64,000 bases of DNA from an uncultured Nitrospinota bacterium (GTDB lineage: Bacteria; Tectomicrobia; Entotheonellia; J063; CAVPRW01): assembly GCA_963707985.1 (NCBI GenBank), contig CAVPRW010000005.1, forward strand, positions 64,001-128,000, given 5' to 3'. This document shows positions 35,109 through 46,048 of the stretch, in pieces. How positions within the stretch are numbered: the stretch's first letter is position 1; each line of letters begins with the position of its first letter. The translations under genes were made by a program, and so were the position numbers. Below the pieces are notes generated by a model. That model ran no database searches, was not told where the DNA came from, and was given only the letters and a program-made list of their open reading frames with translations.

Positions 35109-36050
35109 ATGATGCACGTCTATACCGTACCCATCCCCAGCAACCTCTTTCAGCCGCTAGCCAACCACTGGTTACCGGCATATGAGGGGCAGGTGATTAT
35201 TTCTGAGTGCGAGGGGGTGCACTACCTCTGTTTATCCGGAGCATGTCGATTGGCCCACCAGCTGCCAAAAGAGAAGAAGGCCGAGCAGTATGACCTTCTC
35301 TTTGACCTGCTCAATCTGGTACGGGAACCCGTCCAGTGGAACGACCTGACCGCCTCGGTGTCCCCAGAAACTCTGATTTCGTGGTGTGAGAAGTACGGCA
35401 TGCTACTGCAAATGGAGGTCATGCCCAATGGTGGGGAAGGGGTACGACTGAGGACGGCCCAGATAGAAGTCATCACCCTCTATTTAGTCCATCGCTTATG
35501 GCAAAGCGTGCTGCTCCCCCCCGCCGCAATGCGAGATGTTTTAGAGCAAGAGCAGGAAGAACGCCTCCGTCTTATCCTTCTTTTGCTCAGACGCTATGCC
35601 AGCCGGAATATCGTTAGCCCGGACTGGACGCTACGAGTCGCTGCAAGGGAAGACAATCCGGAGCAGCAACGTCTACTCTTGAAAACCTTTCTTCAGGAGG
35701 TCGTAAGGCAACGCTGTAGTGACCTGCTGCCGTCGCCCGTGATACTGCACCAGCCCCCTCGATTGGTGATGGAGGCAGGATGCCCATTGACTGAAGCCTA
35801 TTGGCAACTGACCTGTCTGATGCTGACCCCTAGTGATAGCGCTCGCCGGTATCACCTCTGCCCGTGCGGTCGGCAGTTTTATGGCCATGCGAACCGGAAG
35901 TGGTGTGCTAGGTGTGATCGGCGGACCGAGTTCAGCCGCAAGCGCAGGGGTACCGCTTCAGTCAAAATCGCATCGATGAATGAGCGGACAAAGGGCCGTG
36001 GGGAACGGCGCGCAGATCAAGGTCAAGGTGCTCAATGGGATTGTGGTTAG
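35109..36050 (+). CDS. Hypothetical regulator-like protein with C-terminal zinc finger
   Basis: CPCGRQF...RKWCARC, reminiscent of a CGNR-type finger; divergent from the HTH/primase operon. Confidence 0.55.
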   Translation: MMHVYTVPIPSNLFQPLANHWLPAYEGQVIISECEGVHYLCLSGACRLAHQLPKEKKAEQYDLLFDLLNLVREPVQWNDLTASVSPETLISWCEKYGMLLQMEVMPNGGEGVRLRTAQIEVITLYLVHRLWQSVLLPPAAMRDVLEQEQEERLRLILLLLRRYASRNIVSPDWTLRVAAREDNPEQQRLLLKTFLQEVVRQRCSDLLPSPVILHQPPRLVMEAGCPLTEAYWQLTCLMLTPSDSARRYHLCPCGRQFYGHANRKWCARCDRRTEFSRKRRGTASVKIASMNERTKGRGERRADQGQGAQWDCG

Positions 36051-36061
36051 AAGTACTCTCG

Positions 36062-36250
36062 ATGGCTGGTATCTACAAGCTCCCCTCGATGCTCACTGCG
36101 CAACCGGAAGGTGGCTATACCGTCACCAGCCCAGCGCTGACAGAGTTCGATCACCGAAGGGGATACCGTTGAAGAGGCACTCGCCCGTGTGCAGGATGCC
36201 CTGGATGAAGCTGTGTGAGGATTTCGGCAGGCCGTTCCCTTTCGCCCCGT
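36062..36250 (+). pseudogene. HicB-family antitoxin remnant
   Basis: YKLP..LTAQPEGGYTVTSPAL / ITEGDTVEEALARVQDAL / EDFGRPFP in shifted frames. Confidence 0.7.
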
Positions 36251-36276
36251 GGTCAAGGGTGGTAGGCAGAGGGGCG

Positions 36277-36681
36277 ATGGACACACAGCAACAACACACG
36301 CTGTGGGCGATTGCAATCGAACATGATGAGGTGGCTGGGCTGTGCGCCCAGCGAGGATGGCACAACGTGAGCATCGCGTGTAGTTATTATGCAGTCTATA
36401 CCGCTATGTGGGTAGCGCTAGACAACCCTCCTTATGGCCAGTGGTCGCATGCGGGGGTTCTCCAGCATTTCGCTCCGGGGCGATGGCGCCAGCCACCAAC
36501 AACACTGGATCGGACGCTGACGCGAGCGATCCGCCGGCTCTACAACGCCCGCCTGCATGCACAGTATATGGGTGAGCGCCTCACGAACCAGGATAGCGTC
36601 GAAGGGTTACGTACTGCTCGTCAGGTCATGCAGCTCGTGGCTGGGACCTTAGGACTCTCGTTTGGAAGGAGCACGCCATGA
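36277..36681 (+). CDS. HEPN domain protein
   Basis: SYYAVY.A, WSHAG, LYNARLHAQY (Rx4Y variant). Confidence 0.7.
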   Translation: MDTQQQHTLWAIAIEHDEVAGLCAQRGWHNVSIACSYYAVYTAMWVALDNPPYGQWSHAGVLQHFAPGRWRQPPTTLDRTLTRAIRRLYNARLHAQYMGERLTNQDSVEGLRTARQVMQLVAGTLGLSFGRSTP

Positions 36682-36932
36682 AACCTGTGCCGCACGTCTT
36701 ACTAGAACAGATTCAACAACTCGCGCCGCCAGATGCGGAGGTAGTGCCCCTGGAGTGGGCCTATGACGGCGAGGACTATAACCTCGCGGTGTTCGTCGAG
36801 GACGGGGAAGATCGCCGGGCACTCGAAGATCGCCTGCTGGATGCCGTCATGGACTACGATGAGGCACATGGCACCTTTACCATGTGCTTGGTTTGGCCGA
36901 AGCAGAAACGGAGGCTCGCTGGCGTGAGATGA
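36678..36932 (+). CDS. Small acidic protein, possible degenerate minimal nucleotidyltransferase
   Basis: YDGEDYNLAVFV; ATGA overlap with the HEPN gene. Confidence 0.5.
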   Translation: MKPVPHVLLEQIQQLAPPDAEVVPLEWAYDGEDYNLAVFVEDGEDRRALEDRLLDAVMDYDEAHGTFTMCLVWPKQKRRLAGVR

Positions 36933-36998
36933 TCGCGGTCGCACCGTCCGAACATCCCCGCTAACGCCGGTTTTCAGGGTTACCTCCAGCTCACCGAC

Positions 36999-37021
36999 AG
37001 CTAACGAATAGCTAACGAACT
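36999..37021 (+). repeat. Putative integrase arm-type site, right
   Basis: AGCTAACGAATAGCTAACGAACT, matches 14585-14607. Confidence 0.7.
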
Positions 37022-37132
37022 GAGCAACACGAGGCATTTTTTCACGGACAGGATAACACGAAGGCACTTAAGAAAGTCAGACTCAACAAGACGTTATGGA
37101 AATGCCATTACCAGACATCACCAGTGCTGGTA

Positions 37133-37150
37133 GAGTCCCCCCTTCGGCAC
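37133..37150 (+). repeat. attR core
   Basis: GAGTCCCCCCTTCGGCAC equals the tRNA-Leu 3' end. Confidence 0.92.
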
Positions 37151-37241
37151 ATGACAATCGAGACCTCGAACAATTCGAGACCTTCGCAACACAGACCGGT
37201 GAAGCACTAACAGGTAGTACAACGACGCAAGTGGGGAATGT

Positions 37242-37271
37242 AGGGGCTGTCCCATGACAGCCCCTTTTTTT
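37242..37271 (+). terminator. Intrinsic terminator
   Basis: AGGGGCTGTC-CCAT-GACAGCCCCT hairpin running into a T tract. Confidence 0.8.
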
Positions 37272-37571
37272 GTCCACAGCAGTTTCGTAGGTGCCTTCCT
37301 TCGCCGACGCATCCATACCATAGGGCTGCCGAGCCAAGATCTCCCGGACCCAAGCCCGCCCCGGGCATGCCAGGGAGGGAAGGGGCTGTAGCCTTGTCGA
37401 CGGGCTGATGGTGCGAAACTCGCGCAGTCGGCTATTCCACCATGTCATAGTATCAGATAAATTATCACAATTTTTTAAGTCATATATCAGAATAGAACTG
37501 AATAATCTATTTTTACTAATATTCAAATAAATTATACATCAATGTCACTTTATTATTCTCAATTATTGCCG

Positions 37572-37600
37572 TTGACGTCATCAATGATTCATTCTATACT
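37572..37600 (+). promoter_or_regulatory. Putative sigma70 promoter for the sensor kinase
   Basis: TTGACG-17 bp-TATACT after an AT-rich tract. Confidence 0.6.
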
Positions 37601-37678
37601 CGTATTAATCAACCATAGATCTGGTTTGGGAGGATCACACTTTGCGCCGATCTAAAAGCCATAGGGAGCAGGTATCAA

Positions 37679-40600
37679 GTGGCTATGACCATGGCGAAAC
37701 GATGGACTAGAGCCCTCCACGGTGATCCCCCCCAGCTGGTCATCGATTTAGACCCCCATGAGATCGAGCGAAAGAAAGCACAACGGCTTTATCGTCTCAA
37801 TGTCGTTAAGATTCCCACTTTGCGTATACTTGGATTTTGCCTACTGACCTTTTGCATCTTCTTTCATAACTTATTCATCTTGAATTCTTCTTCACGGCCA
37901 CGAATTTTTGTCATAGCCTCAGTCGTGATAAGCTATTCGTTAATCTCCTGGTTAGTTCTCTATCTCTACTTTGAAAAAATCAATAAAATTGATATTGGCT
38001 TCACGTTTCTTGTGGTTGATGTCTTTATATGGACCTTTTTGATCTATTATTCTGGAGGAGAAAAGAGTTTATTCTTCTGGCTGATGGTGATGCGTGTAGC
38101 CGATCAATATAATACAAGTTTCAAAAGAGTTCTTTTTTTTGGACATCTTTCCTTATTCTGCTATCTCGGTATGCTGGTCTATCTCCTATATGTCGAGCAT
38201 CGTCCCCTTTCGATCCCCTATGAATTGCCCAAGATTCTCGCCATTTACGGATCAAATCTCTATATCGCGGTCACGGCGAGACCGTCGGAACAATACCGGT
38301 ACCATCGCGCGTCGGCCATCCGGGTGGCGAGAGATCTGATATTGCAGCTCAACGAAAAATCCCGACAACTCGCGGAGTCCAAAGCGACAGTCGAACAGCT
38401 CAGTCGCCAAAACGAATTGATTTTGCATTCGGCAGGTGAGGGGATTTACGGGCTGGACTTACAAGGACGTGCCACCTTTGTGAACCCGGCTGTCGCCCAG
38501 ATGACAGGATATACGATTAAGGAGCTGCTTGGCCAACCCATCCATGCCATGCTCTACCATTCCAACGCCGACAATACCCCGCATCCGTGGGAAGCGTGTC
38601 CAGTGTTTGATACGCTAACCACGGGAGCTATCCATCAGGACGGCGAAGGTCTGTTGTGGCGCAAGAATGGAACAAATTTCCTGGTGGAATATGTTAGTAC
38701 CCCCATCCACGAGGGGGAGACCATTGCCGGCGCAGTGGTAACCTTCAATGACATCACCGAGCGGAAGCGCGCGGAGCAGGCGTTACGCCTGAGTCGAGAA
38801 CGTTATACTCTGGCGGTCAACGCTGGGAAAGTGGGGGTCTGGGACTGGGATATCGAGTCCGGCCATATCTACCTCGATCCACTCTTGAAGGCATTGCTAG
38901 GTTTTGATGAGTCTGAAATCCCGAGCAAGATTGACGCATGGGCCAGCCATATACATCCTGATGATCTTGAACGGGTCATGCTGGGCGTACGGGAGCATCT
39001 TGAAGGCAAGACCCCGCATTATGAGATTGAGCATCGCATGGTACATAAGCAGGGCAGCATTCGCTGGTTTCTAGCCCGTGGGACGGTGCTCCGCGATTCC
39101 TCTGGCAAGCCGCATCGGCTGGTTGGCACGGACTCTGACATCACCGAGCGCAAGGAGGTGGAGGTCGCGTTGCAACGGGTGAAAGAAGAGCTCGAGCTCA
39201 AGGTCGAGGAGCGTACCATTGAGCTCAAACGCGCCAATGAGCAGCTTGTCGCTGACATCGTCATGCGTCGACGAGCTGAGGCGGCGCTCGCTGCGGAAGC
39301 GCGTTTTCTACGCGCACAGATCGAGGTGGCCAAGGTGGCCTTGTCAAGCTTGCGGCCAGAGGAACTCGCACAGCCGTTGATCGAGACTATCGGCCGGTCT
39401 CAGGGATACGCGTACGGCGCTTTATGGCGTGTCAGTGAGGAGGGCCAGACGGCGACGATTGGTGGCGGCCTTCGGTGAAGGGATCGCACCATTTGTCGGC
39501 ATGTCGTACGATTTAGCCGAACCGACTTCGTACACCGCATGGATCATTAACACCGGTCAGCCCGCCTACCGCAATAGGATCAGGGAAAGCCCCTATGGCT
39601 CCAGCGCCATTGCCCGAACCCTGAACACACAGGCGTTGCTCGGCCTCCCGCTCATTAACCGCACCGGACGGGTAGTTGGGGCCATGACCTTTGCCGACAT
39701 GGAAGACACTGATCGGTTCACTGCGCGCGATCTGACCCAGGGGACCGTGCTCGCCAATCAGGTCGCACAGGCGATGGAGAATAGTGAGCTGTTCAGCCAG
39801 GTGAATCGGCTGCAGGAGCAGTATCGGGTGGTGACAGAGGCGCTCAACGATGCGGTGTTCACCCTGGATGTCGAGGCTCGGTTCACATTCGGTAATGCTG
39901 CCGGGGAGCGGCTCACGGGTTATCGACTCGACGAGTTGCTCGGTCGGCCCTTTATGGATCTCGTCGCACCTGAGAACCTGCCGGAGCTCACCGATCGTTT
40001 CCGGCGGGCCATCGCCGGAGAGTCGATTTCTCCCCATGTGTGGGCCGAAATGATTCGCAAAGACGGCAGTCGCGTGCCCATCGAGCTGTCCATGGCGAAT
40101 CTCGTGCTGGATGGGCATATCATCGGGCGTCTCGGTGTGGCCCGTGACATCACCGACCGGCAACATGCAGAGGAACAGATCCGGGCCTCTCTGCAAGAAA
40201 AGGAAGTGCTGCTGAAAGAAATCCATCATCGGGTCAAAAATAATTTGCAAATAATTTCGAGTCTTCTCAATCTTCAATCGAAATATATTAATGATCCATC
40301 AGCACTGCAGATGTTTATTGATAGCCAGAACCGTGTCAAATCAATGGCTCTCATTCACGAAATCCTTTTTCGATCACGAGATATCACTAAGATTGATGTT
40401 GCTGAATATATCAAGACCATATCCGTTCAGATTTTTCGATCATATGGGGCATACTCAAAAAATATAAGTCTGAATGTTCAAGTTAAAGATATTATCCTTG
40501 ATGTCGATACAGCAATTCCATGTGGATTAATTGTGACAGAACTTATATCAAATTCGTTAAAGCATGCATTTAGAGAAGGGATGGAAGGATCAATAAATAT

Positions 40601-40853
40601 AAATCTATTTACAAATGATTCTGGTATATTAACTTTAATGGTAAAAGATAATGGAATTGGTTTACAAGACTATAGTGATTTACAAAATGTAGATTCTTTA
40701 GGTCTGAAACTAGTCTGGACATTGGTTAATCAATTATCTGGAAAAGTAGAGGTCGATTGCACGCTTGGAACAACATTCATGATCACGTTTGTCCACGACA
40801 AACATAAAGAGAGAAAGGATGAGTATGATTCGCCCTCAGATCATGGTTGTTGA
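37679..40853 (+). CDS. Membrane PAS/GAF sensor histidine kinase (HisKA_2 type), frameshifted ~39460
   Basis: N-terminal TM helices, PAS repeats ending DITERK/DITDR, GAF, KEIHHRVKNNLQ, ELISNSLKHAF, DNGIG. Confidence 0.88.
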
Positions 40854-42768
40854 AGATGAAAGCATCGTTGCTGAAGACATGAAGGCGATGTTAGAAGGAT
40901 TTGGCTATCACGTTCCAGCTGTAGCATTTTCTGGGGAAGAAGCGGTTCGGAAAGCGTTCGATACGCATCCTGACTTGGTCCTCATGGATATCGTCCTGAA
41001 AGGGCAGATGAGCGGTGTGGAGGCGGTAGAACGTATTCGGTCGCGCTGTAACATCCCGGTGGTATATGTCACGGCGTACGCCGACGAAAAGACCGTGCGG
41101 CGTGCCAAGGCCACGGAACCCTATGGCTATATCCTCAAACCCTTCGATGCGAGAGAGTTGCAGACGGCGATCGAGATCGCCCTGTATAAGCATCAGATGG
41201 AAAAAAAGCTGCACGAGAGCGAGCAGCGCTTGAGCATGACGCTGCGTAGCATTGATGAGGCGATCATTACCGTGGATGACCGGGGCCAGGTGACCTTCAT
41301 GAATCCCCGTGCGGAAGCCCTCACCGGTTGGAGCCAGGACGATGCCCTCGAACGCCACGTGGCGGAGGTGCTGCAGGTCCGACATGACATGGCAGAGGGT
41401 CTTGCCGAACACCCCGTTGTCAAGGTTTTGCGGGGAGAGGAGGCGATTAACTTTGCAGACCATCACCTACGTCTCGTGGACAAAGATGGGACAGAACGTC
41501 CGATCGCAGATAGTGCCGCGCCCCTTCGAGATGGCCACGGAAACATCATTGGTGCCGTCCTCGTGTTCCAGGACATCACCGAGCGCCGACAGTTGCAAGA
41601 ATATCGCTCGCAGGCCCGGAAAATGGATGCCCTTGGGCGGCTGGCGGGCGGGCTGGCGCATGACTTCAATAACCTGTTAACGGTGATCTCTGTGTACACC
41701 GACCTGCTGTTAAATCGCCGCAACCGCCACAATCAGCTCGAACGCTACGCCGGTGAGATCAAAAAGGCGGTGGACAATGCCACGACCCTGACCAGTCAAC
41801 TGCTGACACTCAGTCGCAAGCAGATGCTGCCCTCCCGGAAGATAGACCTCAATGCTGCGATTGCCAAGGTAGAGGCAACTATCCGGCAAATGGCGGGTCA
41901 AGCGATCCAGCTCGTGATCGCTCCTGATCCTCAGATCGGCTACGTGAATATTGACGCCTCCCAACTCGATCAGGTGATCATTCACCTGGTCATGAATGCC
42001 TGCGATGCCATGCCCCAAGGGGGCACACTCACCATTGAAACCGCCAACGTCGGCTGGGATGAGCCACAGTCCCGTATGCCCGTCAGTGCGCAAGCGGGGA
42101 GCTATGCATTGTTGGTGGTACGCGACACGGGGAGTGGGATGGATGCCACCACTCGTGACCGCCTCTTCGAGCCTTTCTTCAGCACCAAGTCACGCGGGCG
42201 AGGCAGAGGGTTGGGACTGTCGACAGTTTACGGCATCGTCAGTCAAAGTGGCGGTCGCATCGAGTTCGACAGTGCACCCGAACGAGGGACGGTGTTTAGA
42301 ATCTACCTCCCCCAGATCGAGCCCCCAGCCATCACCCAGAAGCCCAGCGCCCTCACTGCAACGCTGCAGCAGGGGTCAGAAACCGTGCTGATCGTTGAAG
42401 AAAAAGATGAAGTCCGAGCTGCAATCGGTGCGAGCCTCGAGATGCGCGGCTACTCGGTGTTGAAAGCGTCCCACGGCAAAGAGGCGGTCATGATCTGCCG
42501 ACGACACGAGGGACCGATTCATCTGTTGCTAACCGATGTTGTCCTGGCACAGATGACCGGGCAGGATCTGGCCCAAGGGGTCTCAATGGTACACCCAGAG
42601 ACGAAAGTCCTATACATCTCTGGGTACACCAACGAGGCGCTCAACCGGCGCAGCATGACGGAACCGAGCACCGCCTTTCTGCAGAAGCCTTTCACACCCG
42701 AGGCCCTGGCGCGTCGGGTGCGTGCTGTGCTGGACGCTCCGGCGTATCCGCGGCCCACGGCGCGCTAA
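40819..42768 (+). CDS. Hybrid REC-PAS-histidine kinase-REC protein
   Basis: VVEDE..LMDI..KPF; LAHDFNNLL; NACDAM; FEPFFSTK; C-terminal receiver. Confidence 0.92.
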   Translation: MSMIRPQIMVVEDESIVAEDMKAMLEGFGYHVPAVAFSGEEAVRKAFDTHPDLVLMDIVLKGQMSGVEAVERIRSRCNIPVVYVTAYADEKTVRRAKATEPYGYILKPFDARELQTAIEIALYKHQMEKKLHESEQRLSMTLRSIDEAIITVDDRGQVTFMNPRAEALTGWSQDDALERHVAEVLQVRHDMAEGLAEHPVVKVLRGEEAINFADHHLRLVDKDGTERPIADSAAPLRDGHGNIIGAVLVFQDITERRQLQEYRSQARKMDALGRLAGGLAHDFNNLLTVISVYTDLLLNRRNRHNQLERYAGEIKKAVDNATTLTSQLLTLSRKQMLPSRKIDLNAAIAKVEATIRQMAGQAIQLVIAPDPQIGYVNIDASQLDQVIIHLVMNACDAMPQGGTLTIETANVGWDEPQSRMPVSAQAGSYALLVVRDTGSGMDATTRDRLFEPFFSTKSRGRGRGLGLSTVYGIVSQSGGRIEFDSAPERGTVFRIYLPQIEPPAITQKPSALTATLQQGSETVLIVEEKDEVRAAIGASLEMRGYSVLKASHGKEAVMICRRHEGPIHLLLTDVVLAQMTGQDLAQGVSMVHPETKVLYISGYTNEALNRRSMTEPSTAFLQKPFTPEALARRVRAVLDAPAYPRPTAR

Positions 42769-42933
42769 CTATTGAGTACACGGGTGTCTCGTCCTGAAAC
42801 CACCTGGTGTATATGGACGCCGAGTCGGGGTATATTGCCGCCCATGCGTTGGATCAAATCTTTTTCGCCGGCCGTCGAGACGGGGAACCATATTCGCGCG
42901 GCCCTCTCTTGCTCGGATGGAGGAGAAACCGCC

Positions 42934-43231
42934 ATGACCTGTTCGTTGAAAGACCTGCGGGCCTTTGCCGTGCGCAATCGCCTGGATGTGACCTTTCATG
43001 TCCACGCCACCGGGGCGGCGTGGATGGTGAATCGCCGTGGTTTGGTGGCACGGCCAACCCTCGGGGAGACGATCGGTAGTGGGGTGGAGGACACCCTGGA
43101 AGCGGCGGATGAGTTTCTGTTGGAGGGCGACAAGCAGCACGAGCCGCCGCCTCAACCGAGAGCAATTCTTTGCGCTGATGGCGGCTCGTGCTGCCGCGGG
43201 TGGTACAGGTCGCGAGCGCGATGACGAGTAA
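42934..43231 (+). CDS. Small hypothetical protein, frameshifted
   Basis: GGAGGAG RBS, MTCSLKDLRAF... apparently continuing as ..LNREQFFALM in another frame. Confidence 0.35.
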
Positions 43232-43255
43232 TACGGCAAGCGCGAAGGAAAACCG

Positions 43256-43316
43256 TTGACAGGTACCTTTAGAGTGCTTACACTGGACAGTCGCAATTTT
43301 TTACCAAATGTTTGGT
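43256..43316 (+). promoter_or_regulatory. Sigma70 promoter plus palindromic TetR-type operator
   Basis: TTGACA-17 bp-TACACT (43256-43284); ACCAAA-TG-TTTGGT (43303-43316). Confidence 0.65.
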
Positions 43317-43423
43317 CAAAAATCGGTAGACAGGAGAGGGGACGGCTTTTGAGCGGTTCCCGACCTTCGTGCACTGTCCTACGCCTGTGGGCGGAAGAAG
43401 GTCGATGACGAGAGGGTGAGCGC

Positions 43424-44005
43424 ATGAGCACGCCTCGAACCAGGGAGATCATCGCGGCTGCGGCCAAATTGTTCAAAGAGAAGGGGTACCACGCCACCAC
43501 GATCCAGGATGTCGCCGATGAAGTGGGCATGCTTAAGGGCAGTCTCTATTACCATATCAAGAGTAAAGAAGAACTGCTCTACCTGGTGACAAAAGAGCCC
43601 ATCCGCGAGCTGATCGAGCGCCAGAAGAAACTCATGGAGTCGGATTGGCCACCGCAGCAAAAGATCCTCGAGTTCATCCGTTTGCATCTGCAGGCGTTCG
43701 ATGAGAATTATCCGCACATGTTTGTCTTTCTCCAGGAGAAGGCAAGTTTATCCGAGCCGGTCCAAGCCGAAGTCGCAGGCATCCATTTTCGCTATGAAGC
43801 GCTGCTCGAGGCTATCCTCCACCAGGGGGTTGATAGCGGGCATTTTCGCCGTGACCTCGACCTGAAAATGATGGCGTTCTCTATTCTGGGAATGTGTAAC
43901 TGGATGTTCAAATGGTACTCCAAAGGAGGTCGACTGACGATTGACGAGATCGGCCACCACATGGCGGAGATTGTCCTCAATGGAATCACCACGCGAATAC
44001 TATAA
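43424..44005 (+). CDS. TetR family regulator (KstR2-like)
   Basis: AAKLFKEKGYHATTIQDVA..GSLYYHIKSKEELL; GMCNW..WY. Confidence 0.92.
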   Translation: MSTPRTREIIAAAAKLFKEKGYHATTIQDVADEVGMLKGSLYYHIKSKEELLYLVTKEPIRELIERQKKLMESDWPPQQKILEFIRLHLQAFDENYPHMFVFLQEKASLSEPVQAEVAGIHFRYEALLEAILHQGVDSGHFRRDLDLKMMAFSILGMCNWMFKWYSKGGRLTIDEIGHHMAEIVLNGITTRIL

Positions 44006-44981
44006 AGCCCTCTGTGATGGCCCGCCAATCGAGCTCGCACCGGGGCTGTATCAATTGACCATCCCCCTGCCATTTCGACTGAACCATGTCCATGTCTATC
44101 TCGTGGAAGCTGATGACGGTTTTCTGCTGATCGATACCGGGGTCAATACCTCCGAGGCCTTTTCCAGCTTGACGCGTAAGTTGGACGACATCGGCCTGGA
44201 TTTCCAAGCGATCACGCAGGTGGTCATCACGCATTTCCATAATGACCACTGTGGCCAGGCCGCTCGTATTCGCCACCTGGGGGGTGCGCAGATTATGATG
44301 GGGGATGCCGAGCGTACGATCTGGGAGGGGGTCCAGGCTGGCCTGGACAATCAGCGCGAGGAGCAGTTTCTCCATCACGGCTTGCCACTAGAGCAAGCAC
44401 GAGAGCATGGGGATGTCCTCCCATACCTCAAAAGCCTCGGTACGCCTTTTGACGTTGATCTCCGTATCGATCAAGGGCATATGGTGGTGGCTAAAGGGCG
44501 GCGGTTCGAGGCGTTTGTCACACCAGGTCACACCCCCGGGCACGTCTGCCTCTTTCTGCCTGAAGAGAAGCTCATGTTTTCCGGCGACCATATTTTGCAA
44601 AAGATCACCCCGAACATCGGTTGGCATCCCTACTCTGGACCGGATCCATTGGGGGATTACCTCCAATCGTTGCGGGCGACGTTGGCACTTGGGGCCACAC
44701 GGTTGCTACCCTCGCACGGGCCGATGGTCGAGGAACCCGACACACGCATCCACGCCTTACTTCAGCATCACGATCGCCGGCTGCAGAGCTGTGTTGAGGC
44801 GCTTGGCACGACTCCTCAGACGGCGTATGCGGTGTCGCTGCACGTGTTTGGGACGTCTCTGGATCACTTCGGACGCTGGATGGCGATGGGAGAAACCCTC
44901 TCCCATCTGGAGCACTTAGTCCATCAGGGAGAGGTGGTCAAGGTTGACGACGGGAACTATGTGCAGTATCTACGTGCCTGA
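43980..44981 (+). CDS. MBL-fold metallo-hydrolase
   Basis: LIDTG, THFHNDH, TPGHTPGH, SGDH, PSHG. Confidence 0.9.
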   Translation: MESPREYYKALCDGPPIELAPGLYQLTIPLPFRLNHVHVYLVEADDGFLLIDTGVNTSEAFSSLTRKLDDIGLDFQAITQVVITHFHNDHCGQAARIRHLGGAQIMMGDAERTIWEGVQAGLDNQREEQFLHHGLPLEQAREHGDVLPYLKSLGTPFDVDLRIDQGHMVVAKGRRFEAFVTPGHTPGHVCLFLPEEKLMFSGDHILQKITPNIGWHPYSGPDPLGDYLQSLRATLALGATRLLPSHGPMVEEPDTRIHALLQHHDRRLQSCVEALGTTPQTAYAVSLHVFGTSLDHFGRWMAMGETLSHLEHLVHQGEVVKVDDGNYVQYLRA

Positions 44982-45090
44982 ACGCCAATGGGCACTGCGA
45001 CATCCTGGCATCAATGCGACGGCGCAGTGAGTCGCCACAGATATCGTCAGCCCGTGGAGATGGGAGGGCGAGGGGGGATCGCCCACCTCG

Positions 45091-45623
45091 CTAGTGGATC
45101 TGTCCGCGAATCTCACCGCCGGGACAAACGGTGGTATGAACGTTGGCATAGGTAAAACCATCGCCGAAACGGATCGCAGTCAGCAACTTATCAAAGGCTC
45201 CGGCGTTGATGCCCTGTGCCGAGGCGCGGGCGATGACGCGGCTGGCATTCAGGGTGCCCGTTACCGTTCCCGAGGGCACCGGACATGCCGGCGTATCTGC
45301 CGGCAAATCTGCCGGCGCAGGATCCAGGTTCGAACATAGGAAGACCACAATCCCACCCTGCTCGAACGGTTTCCCAAAGTGAATATGTGCTTGCGTGACC
45401 GTCCCGAACAAACCGTCGTATGACAGCTCATAGTCGATGGAGGTATCCCCTTCAGCGATCGTCGCGGTGAATGTTCCCTCTCCCCGCTAAAGCAAGTTAG
45501 GACTTCGTTGATTGCGTCTAATGCGGCGAAGTGGGTTTCCTCCGCTAAGCTCAACGTCGAAGCTCCGAGCACGGCCATGAGAGCTAAGGCGGTCATGAAT
45601 ACCATGGGCTTAAGCTGTTTCAT
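45091..45623 (-). CDS. Secreted CHRD domain protein, frameshifted
   Basis: Signal peptide, VTQAHIHFG, YANVHT..PGGEIRGQI. Confidence 0.75.
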
Positions 45624-46048
45624 CGCATCTCCTCCTTCAGTGAGTCGCGTTCGTGACCGGTTTCTGCAGCTACTTGTTCCCGTCCTGTTCGCCGACGTCG
45701 GATGAGCCCCCCAGGGTTGCGTGTGACCCCCTCTACCAAGCGTCAGCGTTGTGCGGTGCTACTATCCTTGATTCCCCCTGCCGTAGAGATATTCCCGACC
45801 GCGCCGAATTCGTCAGGCGATTGACCAGGGCGACCAAGCACATCGCGGCTGCATACTATGCTGGCCCCTGGTGACGCGGTGTCGTCGTGTGCGTACGGAC
45901 CGTCCTTGCGGCTGCAGCAACCCGTGATTACAATAGACGTCAGTGGATGTCAATAGTATCACCAACCCTGCTAATGGTGGGGGAAACGATGTCGCCACAT
46001 TTGCAAGGCGAACAACTGCCACTTGCCGAGTGCGCGGATGATCGCAAA

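Noticed and set aside
39440..39480. Two separate sensor genes (37679-39478 and 39429-40853)
   Set aside because: The break falls inside one GAF domain; a single extra base explains it.
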